A DNA stretch of 64,000 bases from Mobula hypostoma (taxonomy: Eukaryota). The stretch covers positions 201,192,001-201,256,000 of the forward strand of contig NC_086097.1 in NCBI RefSeq assembly GCF_963921235.1, given 5' to 3'. The notes under the pieces were generated by a model, which was given only the letters and a program-made list of their open reading frames with translations, did not search any database and had not been told where the DNA came from. Positions 39,519 through 53,000 of this stretch are shown here, piece after piece (positions within the stretch are counted from its first letter, which is position 1; every line of letters begins with the position of its first letter). The position numbers were made by a program, and so were the translations under genes.

Positions 39519-39890
39519 CTGAAAATATTCAAGGTGTACAATCATTCTATCCTTAATCATAAGCACTAGTAATATCCCAACAACATTAAGCAAAGCAAAC
39601 TGTAATTTACTGGTTTCCCTCCCTCACCTAATTTAAATAGCAGAGGCATTCATAATTTCTTATTTGAAAGTATTGGTTCACAAATCAAGAAAACTTTGGA
39701 TGATTATATTTAAAGCATCTGCATCTATCCCACTTACCATTTTAAAACTCTGGGTCAGAAATCATCTGGTACCAGAGATTTGCCACACTTTCTCTTAATG
39801 CCATTATTTTCATTCATAACTAATCTTTCAATTTATACTGCATGATGAATCCCTGACCTGATTGAAAATTTCCTCACACTTATTGCTTAC

Positions 39891-40153
39891 CTTTCTGGTA
39901 CAGTAAATCAATATAGATTTTGCATGGGTCACATACACCCTACCCCCAGTGAGAATTTCCTTTCTGTATCCTCCCAGTCAGCAAGACCTGTAGAGAATAG
40001 GGACTTTCATGTATGATTTGCAAGACAGAATGGAACCAGAACAAACCTCACCCAAGGAAATGCTGGAAGAAACTTTTACAGCCAACAAAGATAAAGCCCC
40101 TTGGTTCAGCAGGCTGTCAAAATCTTCAAGAAACTTGGACAATTCTAAATGTC
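39891..40153 (-). pseudogene. Exon remnant of the GREB1-like pseudogene
   Basis: ...SISLGEVCSGSILSCKSYMKVPILYRSC*...HAKSILIYCTRK vs GREB1 PVIFKGHG...VVVSPLLYTCY...EMQLLLTVYYLVQL. Donor aag|gtaagc. Confidence 0.55.
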
Positions 40154-40298
40154 CTTGGCATGCAAAAATTCTCAAAAATGATTAAACATGAATTAGTAAA
40201 TTAAAACAACTTAAAATTATATTAAAAAATTAAAACATTTGGGAATCATTTAAACAAATTTTTCAGCAAATGAACAAACTATGTTACTGAATACTTAT

Positions 40299-40574
40299 CT
40301 GCATCTCCCATTGCTATTCTCCATTGAAATGACTGGAGTTGGCATTTCTGATGCAGCTTTATCAGATGAATCTCCCACTTTAAGAGCCATGAAAGTGCAG
40401 TACATTTACAGTCTCTTGATAGATTCTACGAGAAATCCTGTCAAATTCTAGTAAAGAGATCCCAAAAAGTTTGGAACTTCTGTTTTTGTGCGGGAATCCA
40501 GAATTCCCAAAACATATGATTGGGCTGGGAATTCTGGTAAATCCATGCACAATTAGCAGCATACTTTCCCCATC
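40299..40574 (-). pseudogene. Exon remnant, GREB1 N-terminal domain
   Basis: DGESMLLIVHGFTRIPSPIICFGNSGFPHKNRSSKLFGIS...RIYQETVNVLHF...SCIRNANSSHFNGE*QWE vs GREB1 PAGFLLVGVKSPSLPDHLLVCAVDKRFLPDDNGHNALLGFS...YFTEFSNHINL...LVRNAQGTLTKGPLICWK. Four stops; donor decayed to cag|ataagt. Confidence 0.65.
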
Positions 40575-40999
40575 CTCGTTGTAAATAAGAATATAATTAG
40601 TCAAAGGAGATGTGAGGGGTGAGTTTTTTATACAGAGAGTGATGGGTGCCTGAATTGCACCTGCTTGGGTGGTGGTAGAGCAGATATATAAGGGACTTTT
40701 AAGAGGAGAATAGATAGGCACATGCATGTGAAGAAGATGGAAGGATAAGGACATTGTGTAGGCAGAAGGGATTAGTTTAGTTGATTATTTAATTAGTAAT
40801 TGAATTGGTTTTCGACACAAAATTGTTGGCCAAAGGACTGGTTCCTGTGCTGTACTGTTCTATGTTCTAATGTCGTCAGCATGTCCATCATATCCAAAAT
40901 TTGTTTTATAGCATCTGCTCTAGCATTATCACTTTTAAAGGCCCATATTGAATCTGTTTACTCTTCATTTCCTAATTGTAAAATATATTTGCATGTCAC

Positions 41000-41183
41000 C
41001 TTTATGTAGTTCTATCTCTTGTCATCAATCCCACCTCCACCATTACCACACACTCCCCAACCCCTGTCACTGGCTTTGTGGTAGACTTTCACAAGTGCTT
41101 TGGTTTTCCTTCCAGTTTTATTTTGAACTTTATTTCTTTGATCTTTGAAGGCTGTTTTATGAGAAAATATGTCTAAGCAGGTT
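41000..41183 (-). pseudogene. Putative exon 2 of the GREB1-like pseudogene
   Basis: Acceptor ttatag|, donor aag|gtgaca. Phases 2 to 0 fit both neighbours across a 79-nt intron. One internal stop; protein similarity is weak. Confidence 0.35.
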
Positions 41184-41262
41184 CTATAACTCATTAGCTT
41201 TTATTTTGCTCATTTCCCAATGTTCTGTCTTTTTTATCCATTATCCAATTTGGCCAAGTTAC

Positions 41263-41459
41263 CAGCATAGCTTTGAAACCCCTTTACCTAATTCCAGAAT
41301 TTCATTTGTCATCTCAATCATCATGTGATCACTATTAGATAGGTATTCATGCACAATTGGCTTGTTAATTAAATCTGCCTTATTCCTTCTTATTTCAACT
41401 ATTACCTGTTTCTCCTTGTTTGCCTGGGACATATTGTTGCAGTAATATTTTGAACACAC
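41263..41459 (-). pseudogene. Putative first coding exon of the GREB1-like pseudogene
   Basis: Open frame (V)CSKYYCNNMSQANKEKQVIVEIRRNKADLINKPIVHEYL is weakly like the GREB1 N-terminus (MGNSY...SIEASLRSNNLVPRPIFSQLYL). GTG where a start would be expected; donor tg|gtaact (phase 2). Confidence 0.45.
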
Positions 41460-43655
41460 AAGAAATTCATCACATTTTCCTATTTATATGAAAATTAAAT
41501 TCCTCTTTTAAAACAAATTTACTATTTTGACATACTAAACAGACAGACCTAGGGGGGCAAGTACATCATTCACTGAATATGGAAATATAGACAGACAGGT
41601 GATGAAGGTGGCATTTGGCACATTTGTTTTCATTGGAGTTAGGATACAGGAGTTAGAATGTCGTATTACTGCTGTACAAGACATGAGTAAGGCCACATTT
41701 GAAGTACTACATACAGCTCTGGTTACTCTTTTGCGGGAAGTGATTAAACTGGAGAGTGTGCAAAAAAGGAATTATGAGTATGTTACTGGGATTAGAGACT
41801 TTGGTGAGCAGCACATTGTATTGTTACAAGGTGGAGATACAAGGGACTTCAGATGCTGGAACAAATAAAATGCTGGAGGAACTCAGTAGGTCAGGAAATA
41901 TCGTTGGAAGGAAATAGACAATTGATGTTTTGAGTCAAGAGCTTCTTCTGGTGTTAGTCTGCATTAAATACTGTGTGTTGGTAGTGGAAAGTGAATGTTC
42001 AGAGAAACAGGTATAATGCCAGCAAAGCAACTTCTTAATCCTTAACATATTGCTTTTCATATTATAGTATGGGGATTCTGAAGGTAAATTACTGTACCAG
42101 CCACAGGCCTCTGATACACTTACAACCATATTATTTGGTGAGTCCAGTTAAGTCAGGGAAACAAGTGACAACAATAATTACCCGGTTGTCCAGGTTTTGT
42201 TCTATTAAAGATTCGACTTTTCCATTTTCCATAGAGTTGAGAATGGATCTGAACACTGCAATTCTGAGAAAACATCATAAATTCCGAGGAAAAGTAACAT
42301 GCTTAATTGGCACCTACTCTCACCACCACCAATGCACAAAGGCTATAGTGTCCATCATATATAAAATGTATCAGAGCAATTATAGCAGCTATCCATGCAA
42401 TCTTGACTGTCTAGAAGAACAAAAGCAATAGATTTATAGGAATAGCATTGCCCACAATCTCCTTCCTAAATCATACATCATTCACATTTGGAAACACATT
42501 CCTTCATAACTGTTGTTCAAATGCTTCATAACAAAGTTGTCAGATTTTTGGATCATCGGGCTCTCTTCCTGGGAAGGTGAGGGAAGGTGGGACCTGTACA
42601 GAAGAGACAGTTTACACCTGAACTGTTGGAGGACTAATATCCAAGCTAGTGCTGCACGTGGGGGTGAAACGAGAGTTGCAGGACGATGAGAACCAGAGTT
42701 CCAGAACAGATAGTACAGATAGTGAAGAGGCTGTAGTGACAGTTTTGTTAAGACCTCAGACAAAGTCAGGAATCAAAATGTTGAGCATGGTGCAGCTTAC
42801 GTTCTGAGCTGTGTATATTTCAATGCAAGAAGTATTGTAGGAAAGGCAGATAAACTCAGAGTATGGATCGACACGTGGAATTATGATATTGTAGCCATTA
42901 GTGAAATTTAGTTGAGGAAGGACTGGACCAGCACCTCAGTATTCTGGGATCCTGTTGTTTTAGACATGACAAAGCAGGAGGCATTAAAGTGGGATGGGTG
43001 GTGTTACTAATCGGCGAAAATGTCACGGCAGTGCTCTGTCAGGACAGACTGAAGAACTTCACAAGAGAGGCTTTGTGGGTGGAACTGAGGAATAAGAAAG
43101 GTATGACAATGTTATATAGACCATCCACTAGTCCCTGGGGTTTAAAGGAACACATTTGTAGAGAGACCATAGACTTTTGCAAGAAACATAAGGTTGTGAT
43201 GGTAGGTGATTTTAACTTTTTACATATTGACTGGGACTCCCCATACTGTAAAAGGACTAATTGGTATAAAGTGTGTCAAAGGTGTTCAGAGTAGTTTCCT
43301 TAATCAGTACATAGAAGGCTGAAAGAAGGGGTGAGGTTGCCTAGGCTGAAAAAGTGAAAGAGAATCCTAAGGGATTCTAGAAATATGTGAAGAGCAAAAT
43401 GATTGCAAGGGACAAAAGAGATGGGGGAGATCTTAAATGGATTTTTTTAATATCTGTATTTACATGGAAGATACAGATGTCTATAGAAGTGAGGCAAAGC
43501 AATAGTGAGGTCATGAACCCTATACCGATTACAGAACAGGAGGTATTTGCTGTCTTCAGACAAATTCGTGTGGATAAATCCCCAGGGTGTGACAACATGT
43601 TCCTTTGGACAATGAGGGAAGCAAGTGCAGAAATTACAGGGGCCCTAGCAGAGAT

Positions 43656-45955
43656 AGAAACATAGAAACATAGAAAACCTACAGCAAAGTACAGGTCCTT
43701 CGGCCCGCAAAGCTATGCCAAACGTGTCCTTACCTTAGAAAGTATCTAGGATTACACATAGCCCCCAAATTTTCTGAGCCCCATGTATCTGTCCAGGAGT
43801 CTCTTAAAAGACCCTATCAGATCCGCCTCCACCAACGTCACCGGCAGCCCATTCCACGCACTTACCACTCTCTGCATAAAAAACTTACCCCTGACATCTC
43901 CTCTGCACCTACTTCCAAGCACCTTAAAACTGTGCCCTCTCGTGCAAGCTATTTCAGGCCTGGGAAAAAGCCTCTTACTATACACATGATCAATGCCTCT
44001 CATCATCTTGTTATATACCTCTATCAGGTCACCGATCATCCTCCGTCGCTCCAAGGAGAAAAGGCCGAGTTCACTCAACCTATTTTCATAAGGCGAGCTC
44101 CTCAATCCAGGCAACATCCTTGTAAATCTCCTCTGCACCCTTTCTATGGTTTCCACATCCTTCCTATAGTGAGGCGACCAGAACTGAGCACAGTACTCCA
44201 AGTGGGGTCTGACCAGGGTCCTATATAGCCGTAACATTACCTCTAGGCTCCTAAAATCAATCCCACCGTTGATGAAGGCCAGTGATGAAGGTATGATTTC
44301 TTAATCACAGAGTCAACCTAAGCAGCAGCTTTGAGTGTTCTTTGGACTCGGACCCCAAGATCCCTCTGATCCTCCACATTGTCAAGGGTTTTACCATTAA
44401 TACTATATTCTGTCATCACATTTGACCTACCAAAATGAACCACCTCGCACTTATCTGGGTTGAACTCCATCTGCCACTTCTCAGCCCAGTTTTGCATCCT
44501 ATCAATGTCCTGCTGTAACCTCTGACAGCCCTCAACACTATCCACAACACCTCCAACCTTTGTGTCATCAGCAAATTTACTAACCCATCCCTCCACTTCT
44601 TCATCCAGGTCATTTATAAAAATCACGAAGAGTAGGGGTCCCAGAACAGATCCCTGAGGCACACCACTGGTGACCGACCAAGATGCAGAACATGACCTGT
44701 CTACAACTACTCTTTACCTTCTGTGGGCAAGCCAATTCTAGATCCACCAAGCAAGGTCCCCTTGGATCCCATGCTTTCTTACTTTTTCAATAAACCTTGC
44801 ATAGGGTACCTTGTCAAGTTCCTTGCAGAAATCCATATACACTACATCTACTACTCTACCTTCATCAATGTGTTTAGTCACATCCTCAAGATATTCAATC
44901 AGGCTCATAAGGCACGACCTGCCTTTCACAAAGCCATGCTGACTATTCCTAATCATATTATGCCTCTCCAAATGTTCATAAATCCTGCCTCTCAGCATCT
45001 TCTCCATCAACTTACCAACCACTGAAGTAAGACTCGGTGGTCTATAATTTCCTGGGCTATCTCTTCTCCCTTTCTTGAATAAGGAAATAACATCTGCAAC
45101 CGTCCAATCCTCCAGAACCTGTCCTGTCCCAATTGATGATGCAAAGATCATCGCCAGAGGCTCAGCAATCTCCTCCCTCACCTCCCACAGTAGCCTGGGG
45201 TACATCTTGTCTGGTCCCAATGACTTATCCAACTTGATGCCTTCCAAAAGCTCCAGCACATCCTCTCTCTTAATATCTAGATGCTCAAGCTTTTCAGTCT
45301 ACTATAAGTCATCCCCACAATCGTCAAGATTCTTTTCCATAGTGAATACTGAAGTAAAGTATTCATTAAGTACCCCTGTTATCTCCTCTGGTTCGATACA
45401 CACTTTTCTACTGTCACAATTGATTGGTCCTGTTCTCTCACGTCTTATCCTCTAGTTCTTCACATACTTGTAGAATGCCTTGGGATTTTCCTTAATCCTG
45501 TCTGCCAACGCCTTCTCATGGCCCCTTTTGGCTCTCCTAATTTCTTTCTTAAGCTCCTTCCTGCTAGCCTTATAATCTTCAAGATCTCTATAAATACCTA
45601 GTTTTTTGAACCTTTTGGAAGCTCTTCTTTTCTTCTTGACTAGATTTACAATAGCCTTTGTACACCACAGTTCCAGTACCCTACCATCCTTTCCCTGTCT
45701 CATTGGAACATACCTATGCAGAACTCCATGCAAATATCCCCTGAACATTTGCCACATTTCTTCCGTACATTTCCCTGAGAACATCTGTTCCCAATTTATG
45801 GTTCCCAGTTCCTGCCTGATAGCCTCATATTTCCCTTTACTCCAATTAAACACTTTCCTAACTTGCCTCTTCCTATCCCTCTCCAAAGCTATGGTAAAGG
45901 AGATAGAATTGTAATCACTATCTCCAAAATGCTCTCCCACTGAGGGATTTGACAC
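43656..45955 (-). mobile_element. CR1 LINE, younger, 5'-truncated
   Basis: PQGSVLGPLLF, SKFADDTK, RPHLEYC; (ctatgttt)n tail at ~43656-43675. Confidence 0.93.
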
Positions 45956-46044
45956 CTGATATATTAAAATCATCCTTAGCGACAGGTAAAGTACTGGAGG
46001 ATTGGAGGATAGCTAATATTGTTCCGCTGTTTAGGAAAGGCTCT

Positions 46045-47640
46045 ATAGTCATAGTCATAGTCATACTTTATTAATCCTAGGGGAAATTGGTTTTCATTAC
46101 AGTTGCTCCATAAATAATAAATAGTAATAGAACCATAAATAGTTAAATAGTAATATGTAAATTATGCCAGTAAATTATGAAATAAGTCCAGGACCAGCCT
46201 ATTGGCTCAGGATGTCTGACCCTCCAAGGAAGGAGTTGTAAAGTTTGATGGCCACAGGCAGGAATGACTTCCTATGACGCTCTGTGCTGCATCTCAGTGG
46301 AATGAGTCTCTGGCTGAATGTACTCCTGTGCCCACCCAATACATTATGTAGTGGATGGGAGACATTGACCAAGATGGCATGCAACTTAGACAGCATCCTC
46401 TTTTCAGACACCACCATGACAGAGTCCAGTTCCATCCCCACAACATCACTGGCCTTACGAATGAGTTTGTTGATTCTGTTGGTGTCTGGCACCCTCAGCC
46501 TGCTGCCCTAGCACACAACAGCAAACATGATAGCACTGGCCACCACAGACTCGTAGAACATCCTCAGCATCGTCCGGCAGATGCTAAAGGACCTCAGTCT
46601 CCTCAGGAAATAGAGACAGCTCTGACCCTTCTTGTAGACACCCTCAGTGTTCTTTGACCAGTCCAGTTTATTGTCAATTCGTATCCCCAGGTATTTGTAA
46701 TCCTCCACCATGTCCACACTGACCCCCTGGATGGAAACAGGGGTCACCGGTACCTTAGCTCTCCTCAGGTCTACCACCAGCTACTTAGTCTTTTTCACAT
46801 TAAGCTGCAGATAATTCTGTTCACACCATGTGACAAAGTTTCCTACTGTAGCCCTGTACTCAGCCTCATCTCCCTTGCTGATGCATTCAACTATGGCAGA
46901 GTCATCCGAAAACTTCTGAAGATGACAAGACTCCATGCAGTAGTTGAAGTCCGAGGTGTAAATGATGAAGAGAAAGGGAGACAAGACAGCCCCCTGTGGA
47001 GCCCCAGTGCCGCTGATCACTCTGTCGGACACACAGTGTTGCAAGCACACGTACTGTGGTCTGCCAGTCAGGTAATCAAGAATCCATGACACCAGGGAAG
47101 CATCCACCTGCATCGCTCTCAGCTTCTCTCCCAGCAGAGCAGGACAGATAGTGTTGAACGCACTGGAGAAGTCAAAAAACATGACCCTCACAGTGCTCGC
47201 TGGCTTGTCCAGGTGGGCGTATACACGGTTCAGCAGGAAGACGATGGCATCCTCAACTCCTAGTCCGGGCTGGTAGGCGAACTGGAGGGGATCTAAATGT
47301 GGCCTGACCATAGGCCGGAGCAGCTCCAGAACAAGTCTCTCCAGGGTCTTCATGATGTGGTAGGTCAATGCCACCGGTCTGTAGTCATTGAGGCCGCTGG
47401 GGCGCGGCGTCTTCGGCACAAGGACGAGGCAGGACGTCTTCCACAGCACAGGAACCCTCTGGAGCCTCAGGCTCAGGTTGAATACATGGCAAAGTACTCC
47501 ACATAGCTGAGGGGCACAGGCTTTGAGCACCCTGGTACTGACACCATCCGGTCCTGCAGCCATGCTTGGGTTGATACGTTTCAGCTGTCTTCTCACCTGT
47601 AGGGCTGTGAAGCCCACCGTGGTGGTTTTGTGTGGGGAAG
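46045..47640 (-). mobile_element. Young Rex1/Babar LINE, 5'-truncated
   Basis: 278-aa RT ORF (DYRPVALT, FFDFSSAFNTI, GAPQG, KFSDDS); (tatgac)n tail. Confidence 0.95.
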
Positions 47641-49099
47641 GGGATTATTTATCTTAAAATAAACCATGAAATTATAGCGCGGTGAGCCTGACATCAGTAG
47701 TGGGAAAGTATTGGAAGGTATTCTATGGGACTGGATATATGAGTATTTCAATACACCGCGACTGATTAGGGATAGTTTAGCATGGCTTCATGCATGGTAG
47801 GTTGTGTCTAACCAATCCTTTAGAGTTTTTTGAGGAACTTACCAGGAAAATTGATGAAGGCAAGGCAGCGAGTGTTGTCTACATGGACTTTAGCAAGGCA
47901 TTTGACAAGGATCCTCATAGGAGGTTAGTCAGGAAGGTTCAGTTGCTTGTCACTCAAGGCGGTGTAGTAAAATCAATTAGATGTTGGCTTTGTGGGAGAA
48001 GCTAGGGAGTGGTAGTAGATGGTGGCCTCTCTGACTGGAGGCCTGTGACTGGTGGAGGGATGGCTGCAGGGATGGGTGCCAGGTCCGTTGTTGATCACCT
48101 ATATCAGCGACCTGGATGATAGTGTGGTTATCTGGATCAGCAAATTTGCCGATGACACCAAGATGCAGTGGACAGTAAGCACGACTATCAGAGCTTGCAG
48201 TGGGGTCCGGGACCAGCCGGAGAAATGGGCTGAAAAATGGCAGACGGAATTTAATACAGACATGGGCAGGTCTTATACAAGTGAATGGTAGTGCACTGAA
48301 GAGTGCAGTAGAACAAAGGAATCTGAGAATACAGGTCCATATTTCATTGGAAGTGGTGGCACAGGAAGATAGGGTCGTAAAGAAAGCTTTTGGCACATTG
48401 GTCTTCATAAATTGAAGTACTGAGTATAGGAGATGGAAAGTTATGTTGAAGCTATATCTGACATTCGTGGGACCTAAATTGGAGTATTATGAGCAGTTTT
48501 GGTCACCCATCTATAAGAAAGATGTAAATATGGTTGAAAGAGTACAGAGAAAATTTACAAGGATGTTGCTAGGTCTGGGGGACCTGAATTAGAAGGAAAG
48601 ATTGAATAGGTTAGGACTTTATTCCGTGGAACATAGAAGATTGAAGGGAGTTTGGACACAGGTGTACAAAATTATGACGGGTATCAAAACAGTGAATGCA
48701 AGCAGGTTTTTTTTTCCACTGAGGTTGGGTGGGCTACAACTAGAGGTCATAGGTTAAGGGTGAAAGGTGAAATGTTTAAGGGGAACATGAGGAGAAACTG
48801 CTTCACTGAGAGGGTGGTAAGAGTGTGGAACGAGCTGCCAGTGCAAGTGATGCATGTGAGCTCAATTTCATTGTTTAACAGAAGTTTGGATAGGTTCTTG
48901 GATGGGAGGGGGGTGGAGAGCTATGGTCCAAATGTAGGTCGATGGGACTAGGCAAATAATTTGGCACAGGCTAGATGAACTAGAAGGCCTGTTTTTATAC
49001 TGTACTTTCCTGTGTTGATTCCCCTTCATGACTGTTGATGAAAACAATCTTGAAGAGCTTTGAGTGGTTGGAAATGAATCATGTAAAATCATAACTTGG

Positions 49100-50000
49100 A
49101 ACTATATTAGACCCTTCCATTTTGCCAACCACTTAGACTAGTGTACTGATAATGCCATAGCCTTGGTCCTCCACTCAGTTCTGTCCCAGCCATAAAATGA
49201 TGCCTCATACACCAGGTTGTTGTTCATTGACTTCAGCTCAGCATTTAACATGATCATCCCTCAGAGGCTGGTGGGTAAACTGTCCTCACTGGGACTCAAC
49301 ACCCCTCCCTGTAACTGGATCTTGGACTTCTTGATGGAAAGACACCGGTCAGCCTGAGTTGGCAGCAATATCTCAAGGTCCATCATGCTCTGCACTTGTG
49401 CCCCCACTCCCCCCAGGGCTGTGTGCTCAGCCCACTGCTGTTCACACTACTAAATCACAACTGCACCAGCAGATCCAACTCAAACCAAATTATCAAGTTT
49501 GCTGATGATACAGCAGTGCTTGGCCTCATCAATAACAATAATACATTGGCATATAAAGAGGAGGTAGAGAGGCCTGTCAAATAGTGTGAGAACAACAACA
49601 TGAGTCTCAACATGGACAAGACAAAAAAGATGATTGTTGACTTCAGGAAGATACGTCGACCATTTTCCATTACATACACATCAATGGCTCTGCAGAGAAA
49701 GAGTAACGAGCACAAAATTCTTTGGTGTGCATGTAACAGACAAAATCTCTGTTAGTCAAGAAGGTATAGCAGCATCTATCAAATCTGAGGAAATTGAGTT
49801 GTGCAAGGCTCCCCACCTCCATTCCAACAACTTTCTACAGGAGCACCATCAAGGGTGCCCTGTCTGGCTGCATCATTATGTGGTACAGCAGGTTCAAGGC
49901 AAGGCATTGGGCTACAAGATGCTACAGAAGACAGCAAAAACTGTCAACATGATTGCCAGAGTCTCCCCCCATTTGTGATATGCAATGTGTTCATGCCCAT
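49100..50000 (+). mobile_element. Rex1 LINE fragment
   Basis: PQGCVLSPLLFTL, IIKFADDTAVLGLI. Confidence 0.85.
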
Positions 50001-50004
50001 TTAG

Positions 50005-53000
50005 GAATTAGATGGCGGAGGGGAAGAAGCTGTTCCTGAGTCGCTCTGTGTATGTCTTCAGGCTTCTGTATCTCCTTCCCGATCGTAAAAATGAGACACG
50101 GGCCTGCCCTGGGTGAAGGGACTCCTTAATAGTGGATATTGTCTTTCTGGTATACCGTTCCTTGAAGATGTCTTGGATACTATGGAGGCTAGTACCCATG
50201 ATGGAGCTGATTAATTTTACGACTTTCTGTAGCTTCCTTGGGTCCTGTGCAGTAGCCCCTACTCCCCTTACCAGATAGTGATGCAACCTGTCAGAATGCT
50301 CTCCACCGTACACCTATAGAGGTTTTTGAGAATTTTACTTGACAAACCAAATCTCTTCAAACTTCCAATAAAATATAGCCACTGTCCTGCCTTCTTTACA
50401 GCTGCATTGATATGTTGGGACCAGGTTAGATCCTCAAAAATATTGACACCCATGAACTTGAAATTGCTCACTCTCTCCACTTCTGATTGCACTATGAGGA
50501 TTAGTGTGTGTTCCCTTGGCTTACACTTCCTGAAGTCCACAATCAGCTCTTTGGTCTTACTGACATCAAGTGTAAGGTTGTTGCTGCAACACCACTCAAC
50601 TAGCTGGGATATCTTGCTCCTGTACGCCCTCTCATCCCCATCTGAGATTCTACCAACAATGGTTGTATCATCAGCAAATTTACAGATGGTATTTGAGCTA
50701 TACCCAGCCACACAATCATGGGTATAGTGAAAGTAGAGCATAGAAAACCTAAAGCACAATACAAGCCCTTCGGCTCGCGATGCCGTGCTGAACATGTATT
50801 TGTTTTAGAAATCACCTAGGGTTGTCCATAGCCCTCTATTGTTCTAAGCTCCAGGCACCCAAGCAAGAGTCTCTTAAAACACCCCATCATATCTGCCTCC
50901 ACCACTGTCGCTGGCAGCCCATTCCACGCACTCACCACCCTCTGCGTAAAAGACTTACCCTTTATATCTCCTTTGTACCTACTTCCAAGCACCTGAAAAC
51001 TGTGCCCTCTCATGTTAGCTATTTCAGCCCTGGGAAAAAGCCTCTGACTATCCACACGATCAATGCCTCTCATCACCTTATACACCTCCATCGGTCACCG
51101 ATCATCCTCCGTCGCTCCAAGGAGAAAAGGCCAAGTTCACACAAACTATTCTCATAGGGCATGCTCCCCAATCCAGGCAACATCCATGTAAATCTTCATT
51201 GCACTCTTTCTATAGTTTCCACATCCTTCCTGTAGTGAGGTGACCAGAACTGAGCACAGTACTCCAAGTGGGGTCTAACTAGGGTCCTATATAGCTATAA
51301 TATTACCTCTCGGCTTTTAATCTCAGTTCCACAGTTGATGAAGGCCAATGCACCGTATGCCTCCTTAAGCACACAGTCAACCTGTGCAGCAGCTTTGAGT
51401 GTCCTATGGACTCGGAACCCAAGATCCCTCTGATTCTCCACACTGCCAAGAGTCTTAACATTAATACTATATTCTGCCATCATATTTGACCTACCAAAAT
51501 GAACCACCTCACACTTATCTGGGTTGAACTCCATCTGCCACTTCTCAGCCCAGTTTTTCATCCTATCAGTGTCCCACTGCAACCTCTGACAGCCCTCAAC
51601 ACTATCCACAACACCCCCAACATTTGTGTCATCAGCAAATTTACTAACCCATCCCTCCACTTCCTCATCCAGGTCATTTATAAAAATCACAAAATTAAGG
51701 GGTCCCAGAACAGATCCCTGAGACACACCACAGGTCACCGACCTCCATGCAGAATATGACCCATCTAGAACCACTCTTTGCCTTTTGTGGGCAATCCAAT
51801 TCTGGATCCACAAAGCACGGTCCCCTTGGATCCCATGCCTCCTTTCTTTCTCAATAAGCCTTGCATGGGGTACCTTATCAGAGACCTTGCTGAAATCCAC
51901 ATACACTACATGTACCGCTCTACCTTCACCAATGTGTTTAGTCACATCCTCAAAAAATTAAATCAGGCTCGTAAGCCATGACCTGCCTTTGGCAAAACCA
52001 TGCTGACTATTCCTAATCATATTATGCCTCTCCAAATGTTCATAAATCCTGCATCTTAGCATCTTCTCCATCAACCTACCAACCACTGAAGTAAGACTCA
52101 CTGGTCTATAATTTCCTGGACTATTTCTACTCCCTTTCTTGAATAAGGGAACAACATCTGCAACCCTCTAATCCTCCGGAACCACTCTCGTCCCCATTGA
52201 TGATGCAAAGATCATTGCCAGAGGATCAGCAATCTGCTCCCTCGCCTCCCACAGTACCCTGGGGTATATCTTGTCCGGTCCCAGTGACTTATCCAATTTT
52301 ATGCTTTCCAAAAGCTCCAGCACATTCTCTTTCTTAATGTCTACATGCTTAAGCTTTTCAGTCTGCTGTAAGTCATTGCTACAATTGGCAAAGGCCTTTT
52401 TCATAGTGAATACTGAAGCAAAGTATTCATTAAGTACCTCCACTATCTCCTCTGGTTCCATACACACTTTTCCACTGCCACACTTGATTGGTCCTATTCT
52501 CTCACATCGTATCCTCTTGCTCTTCACATTCTTGTAGAATGCCTTGGGGTTTTCCTTAATCTTGTCCGCCAAGGCCTTCTCATAGCCCCTTACATTATCA
52601 ACAATCCACACAGATTGTGGACTTCTGGTCAGGAAGTCAAGGATCCAGTGCAGAGTGAAGTACAGAGACCCAGATTCTGTAGCTTATCGACTAGGACTAT
52701 GCAAAAAAACAACAAAGTGTGTAAATAAATAAGCAATATATATTGAGAACATGAGATGAAGAGTCTTTGGAAATTAGTCCACATGTTGTGGGTACATTTC
52801 AACGATGGGGCTTGTGAAGTTGAGTGGTTATCCCATTTGGTTCAAGAGCCTGATGGTTGATAGGCAATAATTATTCCTGAACCTGGTGGTGTGATTCCTA
52901 AGGCTCCTGTACCTTCTTACTGATGACAGCAGCAAGAAGAGAGCCTGGCCTGGGAGGTGGGGTTCTCTGATGATAGATGCTGCTTTCCTACAACAGCGTT

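Larger units (their letters stand above)
477..41459 (-). pseudogene. Multi-exon pseudogene of a divergent GREB1-family (GREB1/GREB1L-like) gene; 3' part lies beyond the left edge
   Basis: About 16 exon remnants in the same order as GREB1 segments, with GT-AG sites, phase-compatible junctions, many in-frame stops and TE insertions. Similarity judged by eye against recalled human GREB1/GREB1L. Confidence 0.75.
42500..49015 (+). mobile_element. Long CR1 LINE split by a CR1 (-) and a Rex1 (-) insertion
   Basis: Colinear pieces at 42500-43655, 45956-46044 and 47650-49015 (EALWVELRNKKG, VGDFNF, YMDFSKAFDK, SKFADDTK, 3' tail). Confidence 0.88.

Noticed and set aside
39989..40052. Apparent 64-nt GT-AG intron splitting the 39891-40153 exon
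   Set aside because: Very short, and the read-through frame gives PILYRSC matching GREB1 PLLYTCY, so it is better read as exonic.
46781..47617. RT ORF as a retron-like, DGR-like or domesticated gene
   Set aside because: Ordinary 5'-truncated Rex1 LINE with a microsatellite tail and an in-frame stop.
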